From: Octopus vulgaris | Taxonomy: Eukaryota | Assembly: GCA_951406725.2 (NCBI GenBank) | Contig: OX597815.1 | Location: 158,162,001-158,226,000 of the forward strand | DNA length: 64,000 nucleotides | Direction of reading: 5' to 3' | Shown: piece by piece, positions 25,278 to 38,581 of the stretch | Position numbering within the stretch: the stretch's first letter is position 1 | Layout of the letters: every line of letters begins with the position of its first letter | Translations under genes and position numbers: made by a program | Notes under the pieces: model-generated | The model's input: the letters and a program-made list of their open reading frames with translations, nothing else | The model's database searches: none | Told to the model about the DNA's origin: nothing

Positions 25278-26144
25278 AGATTTTTAAAATTTTGTCTTTT
25301 TACTGAGTGATTGACAGGCAAGAACAGACAGACAGGTGTTATGTATGTATGCATGTACGTGTGAATGGCTTCAGTCACACACGCTAGCATGTATGTGTAC
25401 AAAATGCATGTATGCAATGTGTGTGTGTTGCCCATATATATATATATATATATATATACACAATATAAACGATATTCTTTTCTCCACAACTAATTTCCAA
25501 ATTAGCTGAATCTGTTGCTCTACTCATAGCGATATATAGCTGGTCGTGTGTGAACATGGGAGAGAGCAGAAGTTACCAGAGCAAAAGACCTACGTGTTGA
25601 CTGTAGACACGCTCCTTCACAAACGATCAGCTATTATTTTGTAAACAATGTTTCAAAACTGTTCATGTTTTCAAAAGGAGAGATCTGACTCTCACATCTC
25701 TGGGAGAAGGTAGTCCTCTTTATTCCACTTACAAAACTTATGTCTAGGTGTTTACAAATTTGCATTTTGTAAACAATGTTTTAAAACTGTCCATGTTTTC
25801 GAAAGGAGAGATCTGAATCTTTTCAAATATAACGTCAACCAATTTTGATGTATTTTGTTCAAACTTGATGCCAGAATTACTTATGATTCATGGGATCTTT
25901 GAGTGCTTTAAGTTCTCCACAAACAAAAAGAAAAACAATCGATGGGTGGAAAAAATCTATAAACCTATTCCTTATGAGATTTCCCAATCAAATTGTATGC
26001 AAAATTTCAGCCAAAAGTTTACCAATTTCAACAGATTTCACACAAATTTGACGTCAATGTTACATAGTTTGCTTTGAAATAAAGCGCTTGATTAGCTTAA
26101 TAATACTAACTTAATCCTGAGCAAAGCTGGGTTATACTGTGTAG
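24943..26144 (+). mobile_element. Older non-autonomous Helitron (~1.2 kb)
   Basis: Start TCTGTATATATATAAAAGGCAG resembles the 8423 terminus. End CCTGAGCAAAGCTGGGTTATACTGTGTAG is a decayed version of the CCCGAGCAACGCCGGG..CTAG end. Internal ~55-bp direct repeat at ~25636 and ~25764. Confidence 0.6.
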
Positions 26145-26614
26145 CAACTTGGGCAAGTGTCTTCTCCTATAGCCTTAGGCTGACCAAAGTCTTGCGAGTT
26201 GATTTGGTAGATGGAAACTGAAAGAAGCCTGTTGAATATATATATATACATACATATATATATGTATATCATATATATATCATATATATTATACTATATA
26301 TAATATGTATATATACATATACATATATACATATATATATATGTATATTAAAGAAGCCTGTTGAATATATATATATATATATATATTCAACAGGCTTCTT
26401 TCAGTTTCCATCTACCAAATCAACTCACAAGACTTTGGTCAGCCTAAGGCTATAGGAGAAGACACTTGCCCAAGTTTCCACACAGTGGGACTGAACCAGA
26501 AATCATGTGGTTGGGAAGCAAGCTTTTTACCACACAGCCACTCCTAGAGTATTTGTGTTTTTTATTAATGATGATTATAACATTTTTATATTTAGGTTGT
26601 TATTCTATTTGTTT

Positions 26615-26658
<44 letters not shown>

Positions 26659-26934
26659 CATACATATATACAAGCATACACATACATGCATGTGGAGACA
26701 AGTAGGTTGGTGGTTATGGTATTTCACTCATGCTCATAAGATAGTGATTTCATTTCCTATGTACATTTATATACATATATATATATTATGCACATATATT
26801 TATGTGTATATATATTTCGTTTTTGGATTTGGATTTGGTTTGCAAGATTTGTGTGTTGAAGCATATTCTGTTGTTTCTGGGGAGAATTATTCTCTTTTGG
26901 TGCCTTATAATTTAACACACTATTAAAGGAATAT

Positions 26935-28260
26935 TTTCCACATCACACAAATGATGTGGTGCTCTTGGCGGTGTTGGAGAGAGTAGAGATTGAGCTTTTT
27001 TAGTTGACCCCAATAGTCAATGCCTCTCATGGTATCTGAGGAGACAGTGGGTAACAGTATTCAAGGTGGGGTCAGGCAAAAGTAGAGTAGAGAAGGATGA
27101 TGGTGTGGGCATCTCTAGACTGGAAAGTTCTCAGAATCGAGGAGCATATCTTGCAGGCCAAGTCAACCATGCTGTTTGCGTAGGAACTCCAGCTTAGACT
27201 GTTATCAACAATTCCACCAAGGTCTCAGGTGTTGTTGGATGATACTAGGAAGTCACCCGAGGGAAGAGCATGTGGTAATTTTAGAGTACCCTCTTTTCCA
27301 AAGTGGATCAAATCAAATTTATCTTCATTTAGAAGCATATTGTTTTTTTTTTCCTGACCATTGGACACCAGCAAACTGATCCAACTGAAGGCCTGTTTGG
27401 TCTCCCATACTGTTTACAGCTTTCTGGAGTTTGGAATCATCTGCAAAGATTTTCAGTGGAGAATGTTTGACAACATCTACTATATCATTGATGTAGACAA
27501 TGAAGAGGAGTGGACCCAACACAGTACTTTGTGGGACACCACTACTGACTTTGGTTGAGCTGGATCATATTCCCTCAAACACTACATGTTGGGTTCTGTT
27601 CATCAGGAAACACTTTATCTACTGCAGCAGCTTTCCACAGACTCCAATGTCGGACAGATTCTTCAGCAGAATTTTGTGGTTCACTCTGTCAAATGCCTTG
27701 CTGAAATCAAGGTATATGATGTCAGTGTTGGAGCCTTCACCCAACACTTTTAAAGTGTCATCAAAATGGTACTGAAGCTCTAACAGGCAGTCCTTGCCAT
27801 CACAGAAACCATGCTGGTTGGGCTTCAGCAGATCGTTGTCTTCAAGGAAGTGAGTTATTCACCATCTCACCACCCTCACAAATACTTTAACCCTTTCGTT
27901 ACCATCCTAGTTGAAACTGGCTCTGGCTCTGAGTACAAATTTCTTGTTTTCATAAGTTTTGAATTAAAATCTTCCACCAAACTTTAGTCACAATTTATGT
28001 TCCTAACACTAGCTGAATGATAAGTAAGCTATTTTACTAAATTCTTTGTTCTATTTAAAGTAATTGAAAGAAACAGAGAGCATCTCAAAATAAATACAGT
28101 AATGAAAGGGTTAATGATATGAGGGCTGGGTGAAATTTGACGGTAGCTCACTGTGAGAGATTTTTTACCTTTTTTTGAAGACTGGAATGACAGACTGGGA
28201 AAGAAAATGATCGGGAATGTAGCCTGCAACAAGTGAGTTTCTCTTGAGCTCAGCTAGAGG
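26935..28260 (-). mobile_element. CR1/L2-group LINE RT, decayed, interrupted by a MITE
   Basis: SYRQIS, QHGF, YLDFSKAFDRVNH, SGVPQSTVLGPLLFIVYIND, FADDSKL, ILRTFQSRD..PHLEYC. Confidence 0.92.
27891..28110. mobile_element. piggyBac-type MITE, 220 bp
   Basis: TTAA|CCCTTTCGTTAC ... GTAATGAAAGGG|TTAA. Removing it restores the host LINE frame (PHIIKVFVRVVR). Confidence 0.9.
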
Positions 28261-28304
28261 GCACAAAATTTGATGCTGATATATATATATATATATATAT
28301 ATAT

Positions 28305-29520
28305 TAGTGAAATCTAAATCTAATCTTCTATTGCAGTTTCATGAAGCTATCATTAGGAATTTTCCAAAGAATTCTAGGTATCAACTCATATACAGTTAGG
28401 ATTGGTTTTTCCAACACTAAAAATCTCATACAAATTATCTCTTCACATAATAACAACCTGTTAAATATCAATACATTTACTAATACTAACATTAATTTAG
28501 CTAATACCATCTATCCCCCTAGAAATATTAATAACAAGGTTGTTGTGTCTGAAGTCAATTACAACAGAATCAAGTTTACGTCAAGTAACTCTAAAATTAA
28601 AAATTCTATATACCAGTATAAAATTACTACTCACAATCAAGTATATTTTTATATTGGAAGCACGTCTTCAGAGTTATCTAGAAGAATTTCTAATCATTAC
28701 TTGACATTTAGGGATAGGAATAAACGTAACAGTACAGGGCTTAGTAAATTAATTTGGGGTCTAAAAGACCACAATAAACGGTTTAATTTAGATTGGTTGA
28801 TTCTCTCAATCTTGATACATTATGACAAAGGTAAGGAATTCTGTCTTCTCTGTAATTCTGAACTATTTTTTATTATTTTTTTCTAAAAATCCCCTTGTAA
28901 ACACAGTTATCGAGTGTGCATATCGATGTAAACATTGGCAAAAACACACCTTTAGTTCATATAAGTGATTTCTATCATTATATATAATTTAAACAATAAT
29001 TTTCTTTTTACATTTCACATTCACTAGATATATATGTTTTTCCTAGTCTATAAGGTTTTATTTAATATACATATAGTCATATACTTCTCATTTACTTAGG
29101 TTTTCTTTACTTTATCCCTCCTCTTTTTATAGACTACCTCTGACGTTATATCCTATAACTTTTTTTTAAAACAATATTAATAGCATTCAGTTAATCACTA
29201 TACATATCCATCATTTTCTGTTAAAATGTCTGATTGACGAGTTTCATTTATTCACTTTCCTGAAGAAGATTGCATTGTTTTACATCATTTTATTCCTTTG
29301 GAATAATATCAGTGATATATCTTCGAAACATGTGTTGGAAGTAAAAGAATTTGAATAACACCTGCATTAAACTCCATTTATTTATTTATATATATAATAC
29401 AAAAAATTTCACGTAAACCCGAAGTTTCTACCTTTAAAAACAAGGAGTTACAACCTTTTTACTTGTTCGACTTTTTGCTGCCCTGGTAACTATTTATCTA
29501 TTTTTTTCCAAGTTAATTGT
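28305..29520 (+). mobile_element. Penelope-like element 3' portion with GIY-YIG endonuclease
   Basis: ORF 28341-28886 SIYQYKI...YFYIGST...RRISNH...STGLSKLIWGLK...CLLCNSE, then by frameshift PLVNTVIECAYRCKHW; UTR with a hammerhead. Confidence 0.92.
29254..29342 (+). ncRNA. Type I hammerhead ribozyme-like motif
   Basis: ACTTTC-CTGAAGA-AGAT...ATCTTC-GAAA-C ATGT G-TT-GGAAGT; 6-bp stem I with one G-U pair. Confidence 0.72.
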
Positions 29521-29543
29521 TAAACAAGGGAAAAATACACACA

Positions 29544-29585
<42 letters not shown>

Positions 29586-29589
29586 CATA

Positions 29590-31135
29590 TACATGATGGC
29601 CGTCCACTTGTGACGAGGAAGACCATTGCTGACCTTCAGCAACATTATGCATTCCAGGACTAACTTATATTTTGCTTTTATGGCTCCATTGGTGGTTAAT
29701 GAGTCCTGCTTTTGACAAGTATACATGACTGCAAACATTGCAAACCAAGCTTTCTCCAAAACAACAGTGCGGTCTTGAGCAGCATGCTTAAGTTTTTCAT
29801 GCAGAATACATGCTCTCTCAAAGGAGTTGACTCCCTTCTCAACCTGCTTCCTCCATCTTTGGCAATGACAGGCATTGCTCTCCCAGTCAGTCTCCTGCAT
29901 ACCACAAACCTTTAATGAGGACTTGAAACAGCCCTTAAATCGCAGCCTTGGTTTCTGCTGGGGTCTCTTTCCATTAACAAGTTCCCCATATAGCATCTGC
30001 ATAGGGATCCTGTTATCCTTCATTCTAATAAGGTGTCCAGTCCAATGTAACTGGTGCTTGTGCACCATCACCTCAATACTCAAGATATCAGCTGTCCTCA
30101 GGACCTGTGTGCCTGGAGTTTTTAAGGTCCAGCCAACATTCAGAATGTGTGAGACATCTCTGATGAAAGCGTTCAAGGACCCTTACATGACATTTGTAAA
30201 GCGTTCAAGGACCCTTATGACATTTGTAAAGGGTCCATATCTCACATGAGTAAAAGAGCAATGTCAGGATACATGTACAGTACACAGCAATTTTTGTTTG
30301 CTTTGTGATGCCATGCTGGGACCAGACACAAAACTGAAGAGACTTGAAGGAATCAGTTGTTCTCTGCAGCCTGAAAGATATTTCATCATCCAGGGAGCAA
30401 GAACAGCTGAGTGTGCTGCCCAGGTAGACAAGTTTGTCTACCAGTTTCAGAATTGTTCCTTCACCCAAGATAGCTGGTTCCACATATGGATTTCCTGACA
30501 CCGGCTGGAACATTACAACAGTCTTGTCCAGGCTAATGTTGAGTCCAAATGCCTTGCAAGAAGCAGAAATACGATTCATAAATATTTGAATGTCATCCAC
30601 TGTATGAGTGACTAAGTCACAATCATTTGTATAATGGTGGTCACAGATAAGAGACTGGAAAACTTCTGAATTGGCAGCAAATCAGAACATATTAAAGGGG
30701 CGGCCAGAAAATCAATACCTGACATATATTCCCAGAGAGCTACTAATCTTTGCAAAAGCATGAGAAAAAGCAGCAGCAAATACAAAGAAAAGAGAGTTGG
30801 GGCATGCATGTCACCCTACGTGACACCATTTTCTACAGGTATGGGTTCTACCATGCTACCACCAACACTAACCTAAGCCTCCATCCCATCATGAAATGAT
30901 TTAATTATTGATACAAAGTAATTCAGACATCCAAGTTTGCCAAGTATTTTCCATCGCAAGGCCCTATCACCGTATCAAAGGCTTTCGTTAGCTCAATAAA
31001 TACCTGGACAAGATCCATATTCTGCTCTTATCACTTCTTCATCTGTCTTGCTGTGAAAATCATATCCATTGTCCCTCTACCAGATTGGAAGCCACACTGA
31101 GATTCAGATAGGACATCATTTACGAGACACCCATG
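29590..31135 (-). mobile_element. Second RTE-clade (BovB-like) LINE family, decayed
   Basis: FGLNISLDKT, YLGSTLS, QLHWTGHLIRMKDNRIPMQMLYGEL..GKR...PRLRFK. Confidence 0.9.
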
Positions 31136-31231
31136 CAGGCAGCTAAGAAGAATATTTGCCAGAACCTTGCCAGCAGCTGATAGTAGAGCAATACTGGTGT
31201 AGTTACCTTATATTGTTCTGGCACCTTTTCC

Positions 31232-31264
<33 letters not shown>

Positions 31265-31289
31265 TCACACACACACACACATATACACA

Positions 31290-32693
31290 CAGACATGCAG
31301 GAAGTAAACAGACACATTTAATTTTCAAAATTTCTGATCTAAGCGTCTTATGTTTTCAACGGTGTAGAATTTACAATCTAATTATTCTTTTCCATTCCAG
31401 ATGCCATTATATTAAACATTTATGAAGAGTAACCATACTACATACAAAAAATTCAGCAGAACTGTCAGGTTTTCAAAGAGGTAATATTGTTGGGCAATCT
31501 GAAGCTGGTCTTAGGCAGTGAAAAATTGCTGAAAATCTTCAAATTCGTCTTGCTACTGTTAATAGAATTATAGTGTACAGAAAACAGATTCCATCACATG
31601 CCAGAGGGAGAAACTAGAAGTAGTTGATAGCTTCCGCTACCTAGGTGACCAATCTGAGGCTGGTCTTAGGCAGCGAAAAATTGCCAAAAATCTTCAAATT
31701 CCTCTTGTTACTGTTAATAGAATTATAGTGCAATTCAAATGCCAAGGGAAAGAATCAACAGATTCTCATCCCAGGTGACCGGCGCCCTCAGAAAGGAAGC
31801 TTTACTGTTTGAAGAGAATTGTGGAAAACGAACCCCGTTCAAAGGATTCTGACATTGCAAAACAGCTAGAAATTAGTCCAAGAACATGAGTTACATATCC
31901 GCATAAGCTTGGGTATTATGGACGAGCAGCTGGAGGAAAATCTCTCATTCATCCAATTAATATCATGAAAAGAAAGAATTGGGCTAAAGAGATGTCAGAA
32001 AAATCCGGTTCATTTTGGGATAGAGTGATTTTCTCAGATGAATCCAGATTTGCATTATTTTCAGACAGTGGATGTGTTTGGTTCTGGAGGCTTCCCAATC
32101 AAGAATTTGATTTGAAATGACTCCAACCAACTGTGAAACATAGCGGTATCTCTGAAATGGCATGGGGAGTTGTCACCAGCAATGGTTGTTCTGAGCTGAT
32201 CAAATGTGTTGGAACCATAAACTCTGAAAAATACATCAAAATACTTAACTACTTCCGATGTATTCACACGATAACAACGAAAAATGAGTTTTTATTCATG
32301 GAAGATGGGGTCCATGCCACACAGTGAAAGGTATCAACAAAGGCTGACTGAAAATGGGATCAAAAAGCTTCTTTGGCTGAGACAATCTCCTGACATGAAC
32401 ACAATTGAAAATCTTTGGAGCATACCAGATAGAGCTATACGAAAAACTTGACAGAAACCTAAATCTAAAGATAAATTGTTTTGATTGTTGCATGAAAAGT
32501 GGGCAGAAATTCCACAAGAGAATTACAAAGCTCATCAGTTCAATGCCAAAAAGAGTTTCTGAATTAAAAACTGCATAGAGAATGTCAACTAAGTATGTAG
32601 TCCTACCTATTGATTACATTTCGATTGTTCACTTTGCGTATTAAGTAAAGGATTTTGAAAATTAAAGGTGTCTATTTACTTCTTCCATGTCTG
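31290..32693 (+). mobile_element. Full-length decayed Tc1 (DD34E) transposon with ~43-bp TIRs
   Basis: Left TIR CAGACATGCAGGAAGTAAACAGACACATTTAATTTTCAAAAT; right TIR reverse complement CAGACATGGAAGAAGTAAATAGACACCTTTAATTTTCAAAAT. Motifs VIFSDESRF, FMEDG, QSPDMNTIENLW. Confidence 0.93.
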
Positions 32694-32711
32694 TATATAT
32701 ATATATGTCTG

Positions 32712-32759
<48 letters not shown>

Positions 32760-32947
32760 CATACACACACATATATATATACACACATATACATATATAT
32801 ACATACACACACACACATATACATATATATATATACATATATATACATATACATATATATACATATATATAAATGCAGATATATATTGCATACCTATATA
32901 TACATCTAAATATATGCGTGTGTATATACATACACACACACAATGCA

Positions 32948-33030
<83 letters not shown>

Positions 33031-33054
33031 GTATATATATATACACATTATATA

Positions 33055-33098
<44 letters not shown>

Positions 33099-33462
33099 TA
33101 TACATCTCAAGGGTTGAACAGAAAGAACACAAGGAAAAAAAGTTAGCAAAAGCAGTCCAAACAGGAAACTAGATGAAAACTTAGTGGATGGGAAATTGGG
33201 ACAAGGACATGATACACAGAATATTTGCAGCTGAGTTTCCCTTGTCAGTCAATAACTCAAAATATCATAGCTGTTTTGTGCCATTACCATTGAGACCATT
33301 CAATATTGGAGGCACCAGTGCTGTTATTAAGCTACTTGGAAAAAGCTAGCAAATGTAAACTCAGACAGACAGACAAACAAGACATTATATAAATACAACA
33401 TACAAAGAATTAAGCAAATATAACAGCATGAAGCCTTACATCAGTATACAACAGAAGAGAAA

Positions 33463-34185
33463 AATGAAAGATTCGGGTTTTATTATTCACAGTTACCAGC
33501 CAGAGTTCTTTATCTAGTACTAGTAGTATTAGGGTGTTTTGTAGTCTATCGTGAGCTTAATACTCTGGTGCATGGAGTTAGCTATTTGCTGGATGCTTTC
33601 CATAGTATTAGTTTCTATTTCTATTTCAAGAGTATTCTCTTGTGGGGGTGCTTAAATTGATATCATCAACATAGCAAGAGTACAGGTTCATGAGTATAGA
33701 GTTCTGTCTCAAGCGTTCTTTAAGCCTTCTGTCCCACCATACCATGAAAAAGTTGACCACATCATCGGCGATTACTAACCTCGATGGCTGCCCTCTCATC
33801 CTGAGCATGTATTTTGTTGTTAAACTTAAACATGAGGCCTTTTAGGGTAAATCTTATACTAGCACCTAGTACATGTGCGATCATTTTCTTTACTTGATAT
33901 TCATTTGCGGGGATCCGTATGGCTCTGGTCCATCCACTCCATCTCTCTATAGGGGTCTTCTTAGCTATAGAAGTAATTGTGGGTGGTCTACTGGGGCAGA
34001 AATGTCTAAGGTCATGTTTGTCTAGATATTCATTGTCATATGTTACTCTAAGTAGGAGGCCCAGTTCCTCTGTGTTGACATTGCAGAACTCCACTTCACT
34101 CTCATTGATCATCTCCACGCTCTTCACCACAAAATTCACGTCGATAGATGGGCATAGGGATACCACATCCCTGCTACCCACTCCA
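33463..34185 (-). mobile_element. Penelope-like RT core, inverted segment
   Basis: SRDVVSLCPSID (motif A), FKFNNKIHAQ..AAI (B), YVDDI (C), ANSMHQSIKLTIDY, LVLDKELW. Confidence 0.88.
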
Positions 34186-35720
34186 AATCCTTCATTCACA
34201 CTATGCCAACCTATGGCCTCTATATACCTGATCCACCAGAACTCAGTTATTGCGGACAATACCAAATTCAATGTATGGATGGCAGACCTCATCAGAGTAA
34301 TGAGAAATGTGTCTCGCATGTGCAACCCTGCAGAGTTAAAGAGACACATACAACATTTCGTTCATCACATGCAGTTCTCAGGATACAGCCATAGAGAAAG
34401 GATCAGAGTATACAAAGGAGTGATGAAGAAAATTGAAACTATCATACATAACGATAGGAATGGGATTTGCCCATTCTAAAGGAGCAAGCCATGGAACACC
34501 TTTGAAAGGACTAAGAAGAAAATAGGGAAGGCCAACTCATGGTATGATAGCCACAAATACTAGAGTGTCATGTTTGTCAACACCACTCCTAGAGGTGAAC
34601 TGGCGTACTACTTTAGAAGGGCCCCCAGACAAACTTAAGTTAAAAATTAAGGTTGTAGAAAGGCCAGGCAACCCTATCAAATCCCTAATCGGTAGAACCT
34701 ACCCTTTTAGTAGAACCCCCTGTACTGATAGGAACTGTACTGTACTGTATGTAGATTTAGTCCACAAACAAACAGTAAAGCCAAGAATGTAGTCTATAGT
34801 ATAAGATGTGCAGGATGGTGCAGTAACAAGATGACAGGAAACAACACGGAGCATAGGAGAGTGGGTAAATGAGTATTGGAGGGAACTTAAGGAAGAGAAG
34901 AGCTCATCGGTTCTGTACCAACATGCCAAGCAGGAACACGGCGGCTCGCTCAACAACATAGAAGTTAAAATCTTGTCCACACATAGAACAGATGCAAAGC
35001 TTAGACAAATTACACACATAATAGAAGATAAACCTAGCCTGTATAGGAAACTATGACAGAATAAGGTCCCCATAAACTGATAACAATATGAATATAATAT
35101 AATACTGAGATAAATAAATGGAATTAAATAACTATACATATTAACAAAATAAATTAAATGCAAAAAAAAAGAAAAGAAAAATAAGTAGATATAAACAAAT
35201 GAACAAAATAAATAAAAACAAATTTTAAAAAACTGTATAAACAGGGGATACTGATAATACAAGCACATTCCCACACACACATACACACTTACTAAACATA
35301 GACTCACACAGGGGTATATCATACAGGTGTCATCATATAGTGGAAATACTCCGGTCACTGGATATACACCTTGGATTCCATAGTATCTGTAGTGTTTATA
35401 TAAAGAGATGAATAAGAAAAAAGTGGAGAGAATGACATTATTTCAAATCAAAACAGTTGTTTCCACACGTTATACCCATTGTACATTGGGGAGATTATAT
35501 AATTAATATGTTCTGTAATCACAATCATCCACCTGTACAAGAGTGAAATGATCGTATGCTCTAATGAACTATTCAAAATAATCACCTGAAGAAACACGTT
35601 TTACACCTTATGTTAATTATATCATCTGACCGATGCACTACAAGTATAACAATGTATGGAAACAATTGTAGAGTTTTGAAATAAAGAATTTTGTTCAATT
35701 TAATTTTCTCTTATTCATAT
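34186..35720 (+). mobile_element. Penelope-like RT thumb, decayed GIY-YIG region and 3' UTR
   Basis: ILHSHYA.PMAS, DLIRVMRNVS, MQFSGYS, KIKVVERPG, ETTRSIGE, SSVLYQHAKQEH; hammerhead-like motif at 35581-35675. Confidence 0.88.
35581..35675 (+). ncRNA. Degenerate hammerhead motif
   Basis: CTGAAGA ... GAAA-C AATT G-TA with a palindromic loop; stems I and II are eroded. Confidence 0.55.
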
Positions 35721-36184
35721 CCCCCCCTCTCTCTCTCTATATATATATATATTTATATATATATATATTTATATATATATATACTGTGTATGTGTTTATG
35801 TATGAAAGGATGGAATAAGATGATCAAGTGCAGCTCTCTGAACGCTGATGATTTCATGTGGCTGACTGGATACTGAGTCTGTGATGAAGACAGAAGTTTT
35901 TGGTAAGAAAGAGAGAGAGAGAGAGATTACAAAATATTTACTGAACATAGCTGACATACACACGAAGCGAAAAATGCTCTTGTACATAAACAGGGAGGGA
36001 TGAGAGAAATATTGAAATGTCTGAAGCCAGTGTCGAGTCAGAAAAACTGAATAGGTGACACCAAAATGGCTGTACCAAAATGTCTCATAACCTAAACACA
36101 CAGAGATATGCGCGTGTGTGCATATGTGTATGTATATTTTTTTATATGTTTCAAACTTGAGGATGCGGCCATGCTGGGGCACCA

Positions 36185-36227
<43 letters not shown>

Positions 36228-36552
36228 TACACATATATAGATAGATATAGATACAGTAGCAGACAATAAATTGAGCTCAGCCAATGAATGAGAATGCATA
36301 CAAATACCAAATAAAATGTTTCTTGGTGTTTGCAGTTCCATGGCTTCATGTTCTGAGAAGTGTATAGACCTAAATGGTTAGCAGTTTGAAAAGAAGTGTT
36401 CATAAAAGAACTAAGTTCTGTCTGTAAATTTAACTCTATTTTGAAAATAAAATGTATTTCACCAATCAACAATGACTTAACCAATTAACTTAATAACCAT
36501 GCAATATGCATATACATTCTTTAGGTGCACCCTGTATATGCATACAGACACA

Positions 36553-36607
<55 letters not shown>

Positions 36608-37040
36608 CAGACACATGCCATCAGTAATTACTCAGAGTTGGCAGTATATATATGTATATGTGTGTGTACATGTGTTAATGTAGTCAAACAAACAAAAAAG
36701 TAAGCAAAACACAGGCACGCGGCTGAATTGGAGGCAGATTCACTTCTGCCTTTATAGTACGTAAAGAAAAGACATTGTAGGAATGTATGTAGCACGTGTA
36801 CTACAGCAATACTACGAGTAGCTTAAATACAGAGATTGAAAGGCAGGGGCGAATTACGTCTACCTAATCCACAAAAAGAATAAAAGATTTTGCATTGTAT
36901 GCATAGTAATCAGAGTGACCTTCATGATCTTATTGAATTTGGTGCATATTTTGCCATAAAAGGAAAGTGTTACTATCGATCTATTTTATTCAGGGTAGGC
37001 ACAGCCTACCTTGCCTAGCCAGGTGGCATGTCCCTGATAA

Positions 37041-37089
<49 letters not shown>

Positions 37090-37223
37090 CACATATACAT
37101 ACATATATATATATACATACATATATATATACATATATATACATATAGATACCTACATATATACATATATATATATACATATAAATATATATGTACATAT
37201 AAATATATATATACATATATACA

Positions 37224-37319
<96 letters not shown>

Positions 37320-37468
37320 TGTATATATAAGATGAGTTCAGTAAAAAATTTAGATTCAGATAAATATGGTACTTAAGTTGAGGCACCAGAATTTAGTATG
37401 GTATTATCCATACAATTTCAAAATAAGATGATTAAAATCAAAATAAGCAATAAGGATATCCAGAGATA

Positions 37469-37561
37469 ATGCAGTATGATCATTTCATGCGACTCCATTT
37501 AATGGAACAATGCAATCATTTCATTACATCAATTAAAATGTACAGCAATCTTCAGCTGTAC
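37469..37561 (-). ncRNA. Degenerate hammerhead motif in a PLE-like 3' end (~37330-37680)
   Basis: Minus strand CAG-CTGAAGA-TTGC...GCAT-GAAA-T GATC A-TA-CTG, consistent with CpG decay of CGAAACGATCGTA. Confidence 0.6.
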
Positions 37562-37699
37562 AAAGATATAGAATTTAATTAAAATAGGACACATTAGTAT
37601 AATTTTACCCAAAATCTCCAAGAGGATAAGGAGAGAGACAAAGAACATGTTTTACCAACAACATCATAGTTGTAACTATGTATATTATATATGTATATG

Positions 37700-37752
<53 letters not shown>

Positions 37753-37836
37753 TATAGTTCAAATTTACAGAAAAGAATAGATGAAGACAGGTGCAGGAAC
37801 AACAAGCAGGTGTATTATATATATATGTGTGTGTGT

Positions 37837-37916
<80 letters not shown>

Positions 37917-37924
37917 ATATTCAT

Positions 37925-38140
37925 AAACATATATAATGCAATAGACATTGAAGAACTACAAGAAAACAAAAACATTTTAGATATACCCAAAACGCTATCT
38001 TTCGTTAGAACATGCAACCCAATAAACATACAAACATTTGTCACTATTCTTCAAAACACACGATTACTGAACCAAGACCCAAGAATGAAAAACTCACTTG
38101 AATGATAGAAAATCTAATGCAAAAAACAACCAAAGTAATA
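37925..38140 (+). mobile_element. Penelope-like ORF fragment (thumb/linker)
   Basis: LSFVRTCNP..LLNQDPRMKNSLE..KKQPK resembles the PLE P.V.TYNP and RQP.NL motifs. Confidence 0.55.
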
Positions 38141-38581
38141 TGAAACGGCCAAAACTATAGACTCAACTCCAACACGTAAAGTCTTTCCTGTATATTGCAC
38201 AAATATAATTCTATTTTCCTACATAAGTTGCACTTTACATTTGAGGCTTTGATGAAACTATAGGATGTTACTCAGGCACTCAACTACAAGTCCAAGTCCA
38301 CTGCATGTTATAGAAGAACAGCTGTAAGCTAATGAAGTTCATAACATAACCATCATTTTTCCAGTGTCATCTCTTTTTCTTATTACTGCTCTGTACACAT
38401 CTATCACTTTGTTCTGAAACACATGTATATTGAATTCCACAATAATTATTAGTCTTGCAATGCCTATGCAAAATATATATATACATATACACAAACACAC
38501 ATACAATCAGACACACTTGTATATCATACATATGTGTGTGTGTGTTTCTGTGTGTAATATGTATATTATACGTAATATACA

